A stretch of DNA of 32,000 nucleotides, from positions 600,001 through 632,000 of the forward strand of contig NC_009776.1 of assembly GCF_000017945.1 (NCBI RefSeq), written 5' to 3'. Position numbers and translations under genes: made by a program. Source of the DNA: Ignicoccus hospitalis KIN4/I (GTDB lineage Archaea; Thermoproteota; Thermoprotei_A; Sulfolobales; Ignicoccaceae). Shown in pieces: positions 6,551 to 14,832 of the stretch. The notes below the pieces were generated by a model. The model made no database searches and was not told the origin of the DNA. It was given only the letters and a program-made list of their open reading frames with translations. Numbering within the stretch: position 1 is the stretch's first letter; the number at the start of each line of letters is the position of its first letter.

Positions 6551-8761
6551 CTACTTCAGCTTCCTAGACGCTATTATCAGCTGGCCCAAGGCTATCCCCC
6601 CGTCCCCCGGGGGGACCTTGTGTGGCAAGAGGGGTTTCACTACTTCTTTGACGCCCAACAAGAAGGGCTCGTTAACTGCGGCGCCGCCGGAAACCACCAC
6701 CGGGAGTCCGAGCTCCGCCGCCTTAAGGGCCATGTTGTAGCCCAGGTTGTACTGGATTGTAAACGCTACGTCCCTTAACTTTTTGCCGCTATCAAGGGCC
6801 TCGACGGCCCACCTCAGAAGCTCAGTCACCTTGATAACGTTTCCATCGATTAAGTCTAGCTTTGTTAATGGTTTGCCCCCGAGGGAGGCCGCCTCCAAGA
6901 GCATCGCGGGCTCGCCCTCGTAACTCCTCTCGTAGGCGACCCCGAGGAGGGCCGCGAACGCGTCCAAGGTCCTACCTAAGGAGGAGGTTAGCACGCTCCT
7001 CCCGAGAACCTTGCGAGCCACCTCGAACTCTCCCTCCCCTCCCGGGAGGGCCCTCGCGAGCTTGCCTTTCCACTTCTCTAAGTCCTCGCCGGCTGCATAC
7101 AAGAGGCCCATTAAAGCCCTCGCCGGGTACTTGACCGCCCTGTCTCCGCCCGGCAAGGGGAAGTACTCTAAGTGGGCAACCCTCTCGAAGTCCTCCCTGT
7201 TTACCCTCAAGACCTCCCCTCCCCAAGAGTTCCCGTCCAAGCCATAGCCCGTGCCGTCCACCACTATTGCGGCCGCCTCCTCCAAGCGCGCCTCCGCCAT
7301 GACCGAGGCCGCGTGGGCGTGGTGGTGTTGGACCTCTACCAGCTCTGCTCCGAACTCCTCCGCCAAGCTCAGCGCTAGGAGCTTGCTGCTGTAGCGGGGG
7401 TGGAGGTCCGCCGCTACGAACTCCGGGGTAACGGAATATTGTTTCAATAACCACCTCAACTCTTCTTCCATAAATCTCAAGTTATCGTATTCGTCGGTGT
7501 CGCCGATGTATTGGGTTAAGACCACTTTGTTGGAAAAGGAAATTCCTCCCGCGTTCTGAAGCTCCGCACCCACTGAGGCGCCGCTGAGCAGCTCTTCATC
7601 CGCCTCCAGCCAAGCGGGGGCATAGCCCCTGCTCCTCCTCAAGAAGAGCCTCTCGCCGGCGCTCCTCCTAACTACGCTGTCGTCCACCCGGTGGACTATT
7701 TCCCTATCGTGCTCTAAGACGTAGTCTGCCATCCCTAGTGCGCACTCCTTCGTTATACACGTGGGCTTCCCCGAGGGGTTTGCTGAAGTCATAATGGAAA
7801 ACTTGTCGGCAGTGTAGTTGAGCAGCAAGTAATGGAGGCCGGTGTAGGCCCTCATGACCCCCACTAAGGCGTGGCCGGGCGCCACCAGCTCGCTCAAGGG
7901 GCCGTCCTCTCTCTTGCGGAAGAGGACTATGGGGGCTTCCGGAGAGTTGAAGAGCTCTTCGTCGTCAACTACGACTATTCTATTCGCTACCTCGGAATTA
8001 AGGGCCATCAGCGCGAAGGGCTTCCTAGGCCTCCCCTTCCTCCTCCGCAGCTCCGCCACCACTTCGTCCTCCGTCGCCTTGGCGGCCAAGTGGTAGCCGC
8101 CCATGCCCTTGACCGCTATTATGAAACCCTCGTCCAGAAGCTTCGCAGCCTCCTTTATTGGATCTCTGACCAACACCGTACGGCCCTCAGAGTCCAAGAG
8201 CCTCACTTTCGGGCCGCACTTGGCGCAAGCGAACCCCTGCACGTGGTATCTAGGGTCCCACGGGTCCCGGTACTCCCTTTCGCACTCTGCGCAGAACGGG
8301 AACTCGGCCATCGAGGTGTTCTCTCTATCGTAGGGCAGAGAACGGATCATAGAAAACCTCGGGCCACACTTGGCGCATGAGATCAACGGGTACATGTACC
8401 TTCTCGAGAAGGGGTTGAGCATTTCCCTCAAGCAGTCCTCACATATCCCCAAGTCCGGAGGTATCTGGGAGTGTTTGTAGGAGCTTTTGTCGCTTTTCAA
8501 TATAATGAAGTCATCAAAACTCATCTCCTCGGCATCCTCCGCTTGGAGGTCCTCTACTCTAATGGGGGGAGGTAACTTCTTGAGCAAATTAATGAACTTG
8601 GAGATTTTCTCATCCTCACCAATTACGTATATCTCAGCTGCACCTCCAGCCACGTTCTTCACGTAGCCCTTCAACTTCAAGCCGCGGGCCAGGCGGGCGA
8701 CTTGGGGCCTGAAGCCAACCCCTTGGACGAGGCCTCTGACTACGATCCTCTTCGCCGGCAA
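6551..8761 (-). CDS. hypF: [NiFe]-hydrogenase maturation carbamoyltransferase HypF
   Basis: 736 aa with a TTG start. It has an acylphosphatase domain (VRGLVQGVGFRP), two CxxC-x18-CxxC zinc fingers (CEDC...CAKC, CAEC...CAKC), a YrdC-like domain (KGMGGYHLA) and a Kae1-like domain with HHHAH. Confidence 0.95.
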   Translation of the reverse strand: MPAKRIVVRGLVQGVGFRPQVARLARGLKLKGYVKNVAGGAAEIYVIGEDEKISKFINLLKKLPPPIRVEDLQAEDAEEMSFDDFIILKSDKSSYKHSQIPPDLGICEDCLREMLNPFSRRYMYPLISCAKCGPRFSMIRSLPYDRENTSMAEFPFCAECEREYRDPWDPRYHVQGFACAKCGPKVRLLDSEGRTVLVRDPIKEAAKLLDEGFIIAVKGMGGYHLAAKATEDEVVAELRRRKGRPRKPFALMALNSEVANRIVVVDDEELFNSPEAPIVLFRKREDGPLSELVAPGHALVGVMRAYTGLHYLLLNYTADKFSIMTSANPSGKPTCITKECALGMADYVLEHDREIVHRVDDSVVRRSAGERLFLRRSRGYAPAWLEADEELLSGASVGAELQNAGGISFSNKVVLTQYIGDTDEYDNLRFMEEELRWLLKQYSVTPEFVAADLHPRYSSKLLALSLAEEFGAELVEVQHHHAHAASVMAEARLEEAAAIVVDGTGYGLDGNSWGGEVLRVNREDFERVAHLEYFPLPGGDRAVKYPARALMGLLYAAGEDLEKWKGKLARALPGGEGEFEVARKVLGRSVLTSSLGRTLDAFAALLGVAYERSYEGEPAMLLEAASLGGKPLTKLDLIDGNVIKVTELLRWAVEALDSGKKLRDVAFTIQYNLGYNMALKAAELGLPVVVSGGAAVNEPFLLGVKEVVKPLLPHKVPPGDGGIALGQLIIASRKLK

Positions 8762-8800
8762 AGGCGCTCTCCGGGAGTTCGCGCAGAAGGGGTAATGAAG

Positions 8801-8810
8801 TTTAAATAAA
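8801..8810 (-). promoter_or_regulatory. Candidate TATA box for hypF
   Basis: The minus strand reads TTTATTTAAA, ending 39 nt upstream of the TTG start at 8761. Confidence 0.35.
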
Positions 8811-8833
8811 TGTTAGAGAAACTGTACTCGGGC

Positions 8834-9781
8834 TCACTCTAAGCCCGTTATTCGCGCGTACATCTCAGCGGCGCTCGGGACCTCTACGCCTACGGAAGAG
8901 AAGAACCGGCGTATCTGCTGTATGTCGTGCATCAAGAAGTCGTGGGCGTAGGGGTGGTTTATGGGGACGGCTTGACTCACGTCTATAATTACCGGCTCGC
9001 CCTTCCAGTACATTATGTTGTACTCGTTAAGGTCCGCGTGGACGAGCCTAGCCTTTTGGTACATCTTAACCATGTAGTCGTATACGGTCTCGAATATCTT
9101 CTTCCACTCCTCTACGTCGAGCTGGTTGACGGGCTTCGCCAGCTCCACCAATAAGGGGGCCCTCTTGCAGTTCTCGCCTATGAATTCCATAACTAGCACG
9201 TTCCGGTACACAGCGATGGGGGAGGGCACCCTAACTCCGGCTTGCTCCAGCCTCTTCAAGTTTCTGAACTCCTTCCTCGCCCACGCGTAGATCAAGTGAC
9301 GAAGCCCTCTGTTGGCTATCTGTTCGAAGCGGGGGTCCCCTATGATGTACTTCCTTATGCTCTTGCGGAACTCCGCAGTTGTAGTTAAGTATATCTTGAC
9401 GGCTATGTCGTCGCCTTGCGGGCTCTTGCCGCAGTAGACCCTAGCCTCCTTGCCGGCCGATATGACGCCCTTCAGCTCACCTATGACACCTCTTCTAATG
9501 AGTTCATAGACGGCCATCTGCGTGGCCATGTCGAAGACTTCTTCGACAGTCTCAAACAAGTCCTTGTCCTTGTACCTCTTCAAGTATTTCCTTCTCTGGA
9601 CGACCTCTTTCGGAATGGGTTCTTCTACTTCCTCTTCTAACTCCTCTCCCTCTTCGAGTTCCTCTTCCTCTTCAAGTTGTTCTTCTACCTCTTCTTCCTT
9701 TTGGGGGGCCTTGACTTCTTCCTCTACTTTTTTCATGACGTCCTCTACCTTCTCAGCCTTGGTAACCTCCTCCTCGCTCAC
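8834..9781 (-). CDS. rio1: RIO-type serine/threonine protein kinase Rio1 with an acidic N-terminal extension
   Basis: 315 aa. RIO motifs present: ISAGKEARVY (STGKEA-like P-loop), VHADLNEYNIMY and IIDVSQAV. There is no N-terminal wHTH, so it is Rio1 rather than Rio2. The GTG start overlaps the aIF1A stop (GTGA). Confidence 0.9.
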   Translation of the reverse strand: MSEEEVTKAEKVEDVMKKVEEEVKAPQKEEEVEEQLEEEEELEEGEELEEEVEEPIPKEVVQRRKYLKRYKDKDLFETVEEVFDMATQMAVYELIRRGVIGELKGVISAGKEARVYCGKSPQGDDIAVKIYLTTTAEFRKSIRKYIIGDPRFEQIANRGLRHLIYAWARKEFRNLKRLEQAGVRVPSPIAVYRNVLVMEFIGENCKRAPLLVELAKPVNQLDVEEWKKIFETVYDYMVKMYQKARLVHADLNEYNIMYWKGEPVIIDVSQAVPINHPYAHDFLMHDIQQIRRFFSSVGVEVPSAAEMYARITGLE

Positions 9782-10176
9782 GCCTCCTCACCCTCCGCTT
9801 CTTCTTGTGCCATTTGTTGGGCAGTCAAGGCTATTTCTTCTTCTGTTATGCCCGCGAGTTCGGCTATCTCCTTAGGCAACAAGCCTTTTACTATCAGCCT
9901 CTTTAGCTCGTCTCGAGAATATCTGTACACTATGTCCGCCTTTTTGGGCTGGAAGTCCCAAACGGTTGCAATCACTATATCTCCTTCCCTTATCCAGACC
10001 CTCCTCCTCAACTTGCCCGGGATCCTGCCGTCCCTGACCAACTCGGGGTTGTCCAAACAGCGTATCAGCGCGTGGTCCGCCCCCACTATCCTCTCTACTA
10101 CGCAGAGTACCTCGCCTTCGCCCGGTAACACCACTTCTTTACTCTTCTCGCTTCGAGTCCCTTTCCTCTTTGCCAA
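9778..10176 (-). CDS. eif1A: Translation initiation factor aIF-1A
   Basis: 132 aa with a TTG start. It has a basic N-terminal tail and an S1/OB core (GRIPGKLRRRVWIREGDIVIATVWDFQPKKADIVYRY) that aligns to archaeal aIF1A. The aIF1A-Rio1 adjacency is a conserved archaeal neighbourhood. Confidence 0.9.
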   Translation of the reverse strand: MAKRKGTRSEKSKEVVLPGEGEVLCVVERIVGADHALIRCLDNPELVRDGRIPGKLRRRVWIREGDIVIATVWDFQPKKADIVYRYSRDELKRLIVKGLLPKEIAELAGITEEEIALTAQQMAQEEAEGEEA

Positions 10177-10237
10177 CGTGACACCACTAAGAGGACGTGG
10201 AGTGAAGGTTAAATGTGCCTCAGTGGGCTCGGACCTT

Positions 10238-10915
10238 TCACTGCTTGACTATTTTGGTGTTTATCTGAACTATGTCCTCGCTTATGGTGTTGCCCCTCAC
10301 GGTCTTCCTCCTCCTCTCTCCCTTCTCGCGCGGCCAGAAGCCCGGCGGTCCGCTGAGCAGAGCCCTCTTCTTGACGGGGCCCGGTATGTCGGGTCTCATC
10401 GGGAACCCGCTCTCGTCGGAGCCTCCCCTTATCTCAAGCTGAAGGCCCTTGAGGGTCTCTATGCCTAAGATGGAAGCTGGGACGGTCTCCCCTATCCTCT
10501 TGCCTATAAACTTCCTCGCGTTCTCCCCTTCAATAGTTATCTGGAACGCCTTAGTTCTGAAAACTTCTCCCTCAAAGCTCTCTTCGCCAAATACGTTTAC
10601 TGCTAGGTCCTTGTTTATCCATACCTCTCCCTCGGGCACGTTTTCGTCGACTGCGGCGACGACGTGGACGGTTTTCTTCTTTACTTCATCTCCCTCCTTC
10701 ACCTTTCTCCTTATCGTTATTATCTTGTACTCGGCCTTTGCCGCCTCCAGCAGCCTCGCGTTAACGCGGGCCACCGGGAGGCGGGTCCTTCGGTCGAGCT
10801 CTGCCTCCTTATCGAAGGGGATATCTTCCTTACCAACTACTTTCACTTTTACCCCGAGGGGGCGGGGCTCCGCCTCGGGGTCGTTCACTACTACCTTGAA
10901 CTCTAGCTTAGCCAC
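10238..10915 (-). CDS. rps6e: 30S ribosomal protein S6e
   Basis: The C-terminal [51 protein letters not shown] is the S6e signature. The ORF track extends to a TTG at 10948. I prefer the GTG at 10915, giving [14 protein letters not shown] (compare MATFKLVISDPK in other archaea), because GGTGAGG lies 5 nt upstream and the TATA spacing fits. Confidence 0.88.
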   Translation of the reverse strand: MAKLEFKVVVNDPEAEPRPLGVKVKVVGKEDIPFDKEAELDRRTRLPVARVNARLLEAAKAEYKIITIRRKVKEGDEVKKKTVHVVAAVDENVPEGEVWINKDLAVNVFGEESFEGEVFRTKAFQITIEGENARKFIGKRIGETVPASILGIETLKGLQLEIRGGSDESGFPMRPDIPGPVKKRALLSGPPGFWPREKGERRRKTVRGNTISEDIVQINTKIVKQ

Positions 10916-10948
10916 CTCAAACCTCACCGGGCGCGCGACGTTTGGCAA

Positions 10949-10958
10949 GTTATTAACG
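10949..10958. promoter_or_regulatory. Single near-palindromic TATA-like element (GTTATTAACG) between divergent rps6e and the fumarase gene
   Basis: This is the only AT-rich element in the short divergent spacer. It lies about 34 nt from the preferred rps6e start (10915) and about 32 nt from the fumarase TTG (10990). Confidence 0.35.
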
Positions 10959-10989
10959 ATCTCTCGCGCCCCCTCGAGGTGTACACAGC

Positions 10990-12468
10990 TTGCTTAGGGA
11001 TGAGGTCGTAAACGCTGTGGTAGAGGCCATAAGGCTCGCCGAAACCGCGCTGCCCAAGTGGGTTTATGAAAAGCTGCTGGACGCTTACGAGCGCTCAGAG
11101 GGGTTGGGGAAGGCCCAGCTGGCGGCCATTTTGAACAACATAGAGTTGGCCGTCAAGGAGAAGAAGCCCATGTGTCAAGATACGGGCTTGATGACCTTTG
11201 ATGTTATAGTTGGTGACGAGTTCCCAATAAAGCCTTACGAAATTGAGGAGCTTCTGAAGGAAGCCGTGAGGAGGGCCACGCGAGAGGTCCCCATAAGGCC
11301 CAACAGCGTGGACCCGCTAAGCGGCCACAACCCCGGCGACAACGTCGGGAAGGGCGTGCCAGTCACAAATATTAAGGTAGTCCCGGGCAACACGCTCCTA
11401 ATAAAAGTAAGGCCTAAGGGAGGGGGGAGCGAGTACCCCTCCAATTTGTGCATGATACCGCCTTCCAAGGGGTTGGAAGGCGTTAGGGAGTGTGTGCTCA
11501 AGGCCGTCTTCGAGGCCGGGGGCAAGCCTTGTCCTCCGGGCATAGTCGGCGTCGCCTTCGGAGGGACCGTGGAAGAGACCGCTAAGCTCGCAAAAGAGGC
11601 CCTCTACAGGCCGGAGGCCCACGAGGAGGAGAGGGTTGCGAGGATCGAAAAAGAGCTGCTGGACGAAGTGAACTCCTTGGGCTTGGGTCCAATGGGCTTG
11701 GGCGGGGGGCCCACGGCGCTCGCGGTGAGGGCGGACTACGCTTACCGGCACCCGGCCTCGTTCCCGGTTGCGGTTAGGTTCAACTGCTGGGCCGCGCGCG
11801 AGGCCGTAGTTGAGGTTAACGCCGACGGGAGCTGGAAATTGGTAAGCGACAACGTAACTCCGGAGGACTTGAAGACCCCGCCGTTGGAGGCGGAGGACGG
11901 CGTTGAGATAAAGTTACCCGTTGAAGAGGAAGAAGTGAGGAAGTTGAAGGCCGGAGACGTGGTTTACTTGACGGGCACCGTGGTTACTGCGAGGGACGAG
12001 GCTCACAAGAAGATAATTGAGGAGGGGGCCCCGCTCGACCTAAAAGGTCTAGCCATATACCATTGTGGACCCGTCGTGACGAAGGAGGAGGGCCGGTGGA
12101 AGGTGGTGGCGGCCGGCCCCACTACCAGCGCGAGGATGAACGCCCTCCAAGCTCAAGTGCTGGAAAAGACCGGGGCCAGGCTAGTAATAGGTAAGGGCGG
12201 TATGAAAGAAGACCTCTTGGACTTCTTTAAGAGGTTCGGGGCGGCCTACTTGGCCTTCCCTGGCGGCGCCGCGCTCTTGGCCGCCAAGGCGATAAAGGCT
12301 GTCAGGGGGGTATACTGGTTAGAGGAGCTCGGGATACCAGAAGCCATGTGGGTTTTCGAGGTAGAGAAGTTCGGGCCCTTAGTGGTGGCCATGGACTCCC
12401 ACGGAAGGAGCTTATACAAGGAAGTCTCTGAGAGAGCCAAGACTAAACTAGAGGAGCTTCTGAAGTGA
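10990..12468 (+). CDS. Class I (Fe-S) fumarate hydratase, fused alpha+beta domains
   Basis: 492 aa with a TTG start. The N-terminal hydro-lyase alpha domain has the hallmark PMCQDTG. The C-terminal beta domain has [17 protein letters not shown] and GKGGM. The two halves are separate genes in many archaea. Confidence 0.9.
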   Translation: MLRDEVVNAVVEAIRLAETALPKWVYEKLLDAYERSEGLGKAQLAAILNNIELAVKEKKPMCQDTGLMTFDVIVGDEFPIKPYEIEELLKEAVRRATREVPIRPNSVDPLSGHNPGDNVGKGVPVTNIKVVPGNTLLIKVRPKGGGSEYPSNLCMIPPSKGLEGVRECVLKAVFEAGGKPCPPGIVGVAFGGTVEETAKLAKEALYRPEAHEEERVARIEKELLDEVNSLGLGPMGLGGGPTALAVRADYAYRHPASFPVAVRFNCWAAREAVVEVNADGSWKLVSDNVTPEDLKTPPLEAEDGVEIKLPVEEEEVRKLKAGDVVYLTGTVVTARDEAHKKIIEEGAPLDLKGLAIYHCGPVVTKEEGRWKVVAAGPTTSARMNALQAQVLEKTGARLVIGKGGMKEDLLDFFKRFGAAYLAFPGGAALLAAKAIKAVRGVYWLEELGIPEAMWVFEVEKFGPLVVAMDSHGRSLYKEVSERAKTKLEELLK

Positions 12469-12490
12469 CCGCGCCGCACGCCGAAAATTC

Positions 12491-12500
12491 AAAATTTAAG
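12491..12500 (+). promoter_or_regulatory. Candidate TATA box (AAAATTTAAG) plus SD (GGGAGGT, 12522-12528) for atpB
   Basis: The TATA-like element ends 34 nt before the TTG at 12535. The SD sits 6 nt upstream of the start. Confidence 0.4.
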
Positions 12501-12534
12501 CAGTCCTTCTCGTCTCTTCAAGGGAGGTCTCACT

Positions 12535-13950
12535 TTGGCAGTACCGTCGGTTAAGGGCAAGGAGTACGAGTCCGTAAGCGAGATCAGAGGTCAGCTGTTG
12601 GTGGTCGAAGGCGTAAGCGACGCGGGCTACGGCGAGCTGGTAGACATAGAGATGCCGAGCGGCGAGAAGAGGAGGGGAATAGTCCTAGAGACCGGGAAGG
12701 GGCTAGCGGTGGTCCAAGTCTTCGAAGGGACCACCGGCATATCGCCCGCCGGCACGAAGGTCCGCTTCACCGGTAGGATACTCGAGATGGGCGTTTCCGA
12801 GGACATGTTGGGCCGAATAATGAACGCCTTAGGAGAGCCCATCGACGGAGGAGCTCCGATAAAGGCAGTAGAAAAGAGGAACGTGTGGGGCGAGCCCATT
12901 AACCCTTACGCTAGGGAGTACCCAGACGAGTTCATCGAAACTGGAATAAGCGCAATAGACGGTATGAACTCCCTGGTAAGGGGCCAGAAGCTGCCCATAT
13001 TCTCCGGCTCCGGTCTCCCCCACAACAAGCTGGCGGCCCAGATAGCTAGGCAAGCCACGGTGAGGGGAGAGGAGGAGTCCTTCGCCGTGGTCTTCGCTGC
13101 GGTGGGCATCCAGTACGACGAGCTCTTGTTCTTCAAAAAGGCGTTCGAAGAGACCGGGGCCATATCTAGGACTGCCATGTTCGTCAGCTTGGCCAACGAG
13201 CCCGCAATGATGAAGATAGTCACGCCCAGGGCCGCGCTCACCCTCGCCGAGTACTTGGCCTTCCAAAAGGACATGCACGTCTTGGTTATAATAACTGACA
13301 TGACCAACTACTGTGAGGCCCTAAGGGAGATCTCCGCGAGCAGGGAGGAGGTGCCGAGCAGGCAAGGTTACCCCGGTTACATGTACACCGACTTGGCGAC
13401 GATATACGAAAGGGCTGGAAGGGTTAAGGGAAGCAAGGGTTCAATAACCCAAATGCCCATACTCACGATGCCTAACGACGACATAACCCACCCCATACCG
13501 GACCTCACGGGCTACATCACCGAAGGTCAGATAGTCCTCTCGAGGGACTTGCACAACAAGGGCATATACCCGCCGATAAACGTACTAATGAGCTTGTCAA
13601 GGCTCATGAGGGACGGAATAGGCAAGGGTAAGACTAGGGAAGACCACCCGGACGTGGCCAACCAGCTGTTCGCGGCCTACTCGAGGGCCGTAGAGCTGAG
13701 GGGCTTAGCCGCGATAGTCGGCGAGGAGAGCCTGAGCGAGGTCGACCGCAAGTACTTGAGGTTCGGTGAGGCGTTCGAGCAGAAGTTCTTAAAGCAAGAT
13801 TACTACGAGAGGAGGACCATAGAGCAGACCCTAGACTTGGCGTGGGAGGTTCTCTCAATACTGCCGGAGGAGGAGCTGACCAAGATAAGGCCAGAGTACA
13901 TAAAGAAGTACCACCCCAAGTACAGAGTGAAGGCCGCGTCCCAGAAGTAA
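12535..13950 (+). CDS. atpB: A-type (A1AO) ATP synthase subunit B
   Basis: 471 aa with a TTG start. Typical B-subunit blocks are present: [57 protein letters not shown] and [12 protein letters not shown]. Confidence 0.95.
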   Translation: MAVPSVKGKEYESVSEIRGQLLVVEGVSDAGYGELVDIEMPSGEKRRGIVLETGKGLAVVQVFEGTTGISPAGTKVRFTGRILEMGVSEDMLGRIMNALGEPIDGGAPIKAVEKRNVWGEPINPYAREYPDEFIETGISAIDGMNSLVRGQKLPIFSGSGLPHNKLAAQIARQATVRGEEESFAVVFAAVGIQYDELLFFKKAFEETGAISRTAMFVSLANEPAMMKIVTPRAALTLAEYLAFQKDMHVLVIITDMTNYCEALREISASREEVPSRQGYPGYMYTDLATIYERAGRVKGSKGSITQMPILTMPNDDITHPIPDLTGYITEGQIVLSRDLHNKGIYPPINVLMSLSRLMRDGIGKGKTREDHPDVANQLFAAYSRAVELRGLAAIVGEESLSEVDRKYLRFGEAFEQKFLKQDYYERRTIEQTLDLAWEVLSILPEEELTKIRPEYIKKYHPKYRVKAASQK

Positions 13951-13966
13951 CGTGAGGTGCTAAGCT

Positions 13967-14611
13967 TTGAGCTTCCCCGGCAGCAGGAGGGTTTTACCCA
14001 CAAAGATAAACCTCATCCGCTTGAAGCAGAGAAAGAAGGTAGTAGAGAGGATCAGAAAGCTCCTAGAGGACAAAAGGGACATTCTCTTAATGTACTTGCG
14101 CAAGGCCGTCGCCGATTACCAGAAGTACTACGACGCCTACTCCGAACACCTAGAGAGGGCTTACAGCTACTTAATTATGGCTGAGGTTCAGAGCGGCGAG
14201 TCAGCACTCAAACAAGAAGTGGCCTACGTACCGGAAGACTTGACCGCGAAGATCTACGCGCGCACGGCCTTCGGGGTCAAGATACCGGTCGTGGAGTTCG
14301 CCAGAACGGAAGTTAAGGGCGGGGCCATCTCTAACCTCTACTCTTCGCCCTATTTAGACAAAGCAGCGAAGGAGTTCGAAGAGGCTATGAAGTACTTAAA
14401 CAAGGCTATAAACTCCGAGATGAGTATATACAGAATAATGAACGAGTTACGGAGGACCCAGAGACTCATAAACGCAGTCAAGTATTCCATCTTGCCAGAA
14501 ATAGAAAACAACATAAAGTTCATCAAGAGGTCGCTGGACGACCAACAAAGAGAGGAGTTCGTAAGGTTGAAGCTGATAAGGAGTAAGTTGCAGAGCAGGA
14601 GGGTGGCATAA
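13967..14611 (+). CDS. atpD: A-type ATP synthase subunit D (central stalk)
   Basis: 214 aa with a TTG start and GTGAGGTG 7 nt upstream. VLPTKINLIRLKQRKKVVERIRKLLEDKRDILL is the V/A-ATPase D N-terminal helix, and the C-terminus is coiled-coil. Confidence 0.9.
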   Translation: MSFPGSRRVLPTKINLIRLKQRKKVVERIRKLLEDKRDILLMYLRKAVADYQKYYDAYSEHLERAYSYLIMAEVQSGESALKQEVAYVPEDLTAKIYARTAFGVKIPVVEFARTEVKGGAISNLYSSPYLDKAAKEFEEAMKYLNKAINSEMSIYRIMNELRRTQRLINAVKYSILPEIENNIKFIKRSLDDQQREEFVRLKLIRSKLQSRRVA

Positions 14612-14775
14612 TGAGCGCGGCGTTCCCCTCGAAGGAGGAGTTGTTGAAGGAGCTCCAAGCGACCGTAGAAGGCGCGTTCGCTAACTCGACTAACAAAGTA
14701 AAGAAGAAAGCAGAAGAGGTAAAGACGAAGTACCTTGCTAAGGTAAGTGAGCTCTGTCGTTCGGTCTCTCTCTAA
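14611..14775 (+). CDS. Unlisted 54-aa ORF, candidate small A-ATPase-associated subunit
   Basis: Read by eye. The ATG at 14611 overlaps the atpD stop (ATAATG) and the TAA is at 14773-14775. Translation: MSAAFPSKEELLKELQATVEGAFANSTNKVKKKAEEVKTKYLAKVSELCRSVSL, which is helical and charged. It falls below the ORF-track length cutoff. Confidence 0.45.
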   Translation: MSAAFPSKEELLKELQATVEGAFANSTNKVKKKAEEVKTKYLAKVSELCRSVSL

Positions 14776-14784
14776 CCTTTAGAA

Positions 14785-14795
14785 GTATTTTTAAG
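14785..14795 (+). promoter_or_regulatory. Candidate internal TATA box (GTATTTTTAAG) ahead of the proteolipid gene
   Basis: It lies about 38 nt upstream of the GTG at 14833. GGAGGG (14819-14824) is 8 nt before that GTG. Confidence 0.35.
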
Positions 14796-14832
14796 TTCAA
14801 ACAGTACGTTGCTCGAACGGAGGGATCAGAGC

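Noticed and set aside
6862-7454. R/P/G-rich ORFs inside hypF (6862-7134 plus strand; 6972-7454 minus strand in an alternative frame).
   Set aside because: The arginine/proline/glycine-rich composition is typical of out-of-frame reading of GC-rich sequence. The HypF frame is continuous and carries all domain motifs.
9611-9703. Repetitive CTC/TTC-rich tract that looks like a tandem repeat or array at the DNA level.
   Set aside because: It is in frame within rio1 and encodes a poly-Glu segment. It has no fixed repeat unit and no spacer structure, so it is not a CRISPR array or a minisatellite.
9677-10468. 263-aa plus-strand ORF spanning rio1, aIF1A and the end of rps6e in antisense.
   Set aside because: The translation is S/L/F-rich low complexity. 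It crosses two gene junctions that are explained by well-supported minus-strand genes, and it has no start context.
13957-14184. 75-aa plus-strand ORF in another frame at the start of atpD.
   Set aside because: The atpD frame gives the canonical subunit D N-terminal helix, while the alternative frame is an R/E/Q-rich shadow.
14809-14832. TTG 14809 as the atpK start (as in the ORF track).
   Set aside because: The TATA-like element at 14785-14795 would put the transcription start at or after this codon. The GGAGGG SD (14819-14824) serves the GTG at 14833 instead. This remains uncertain.
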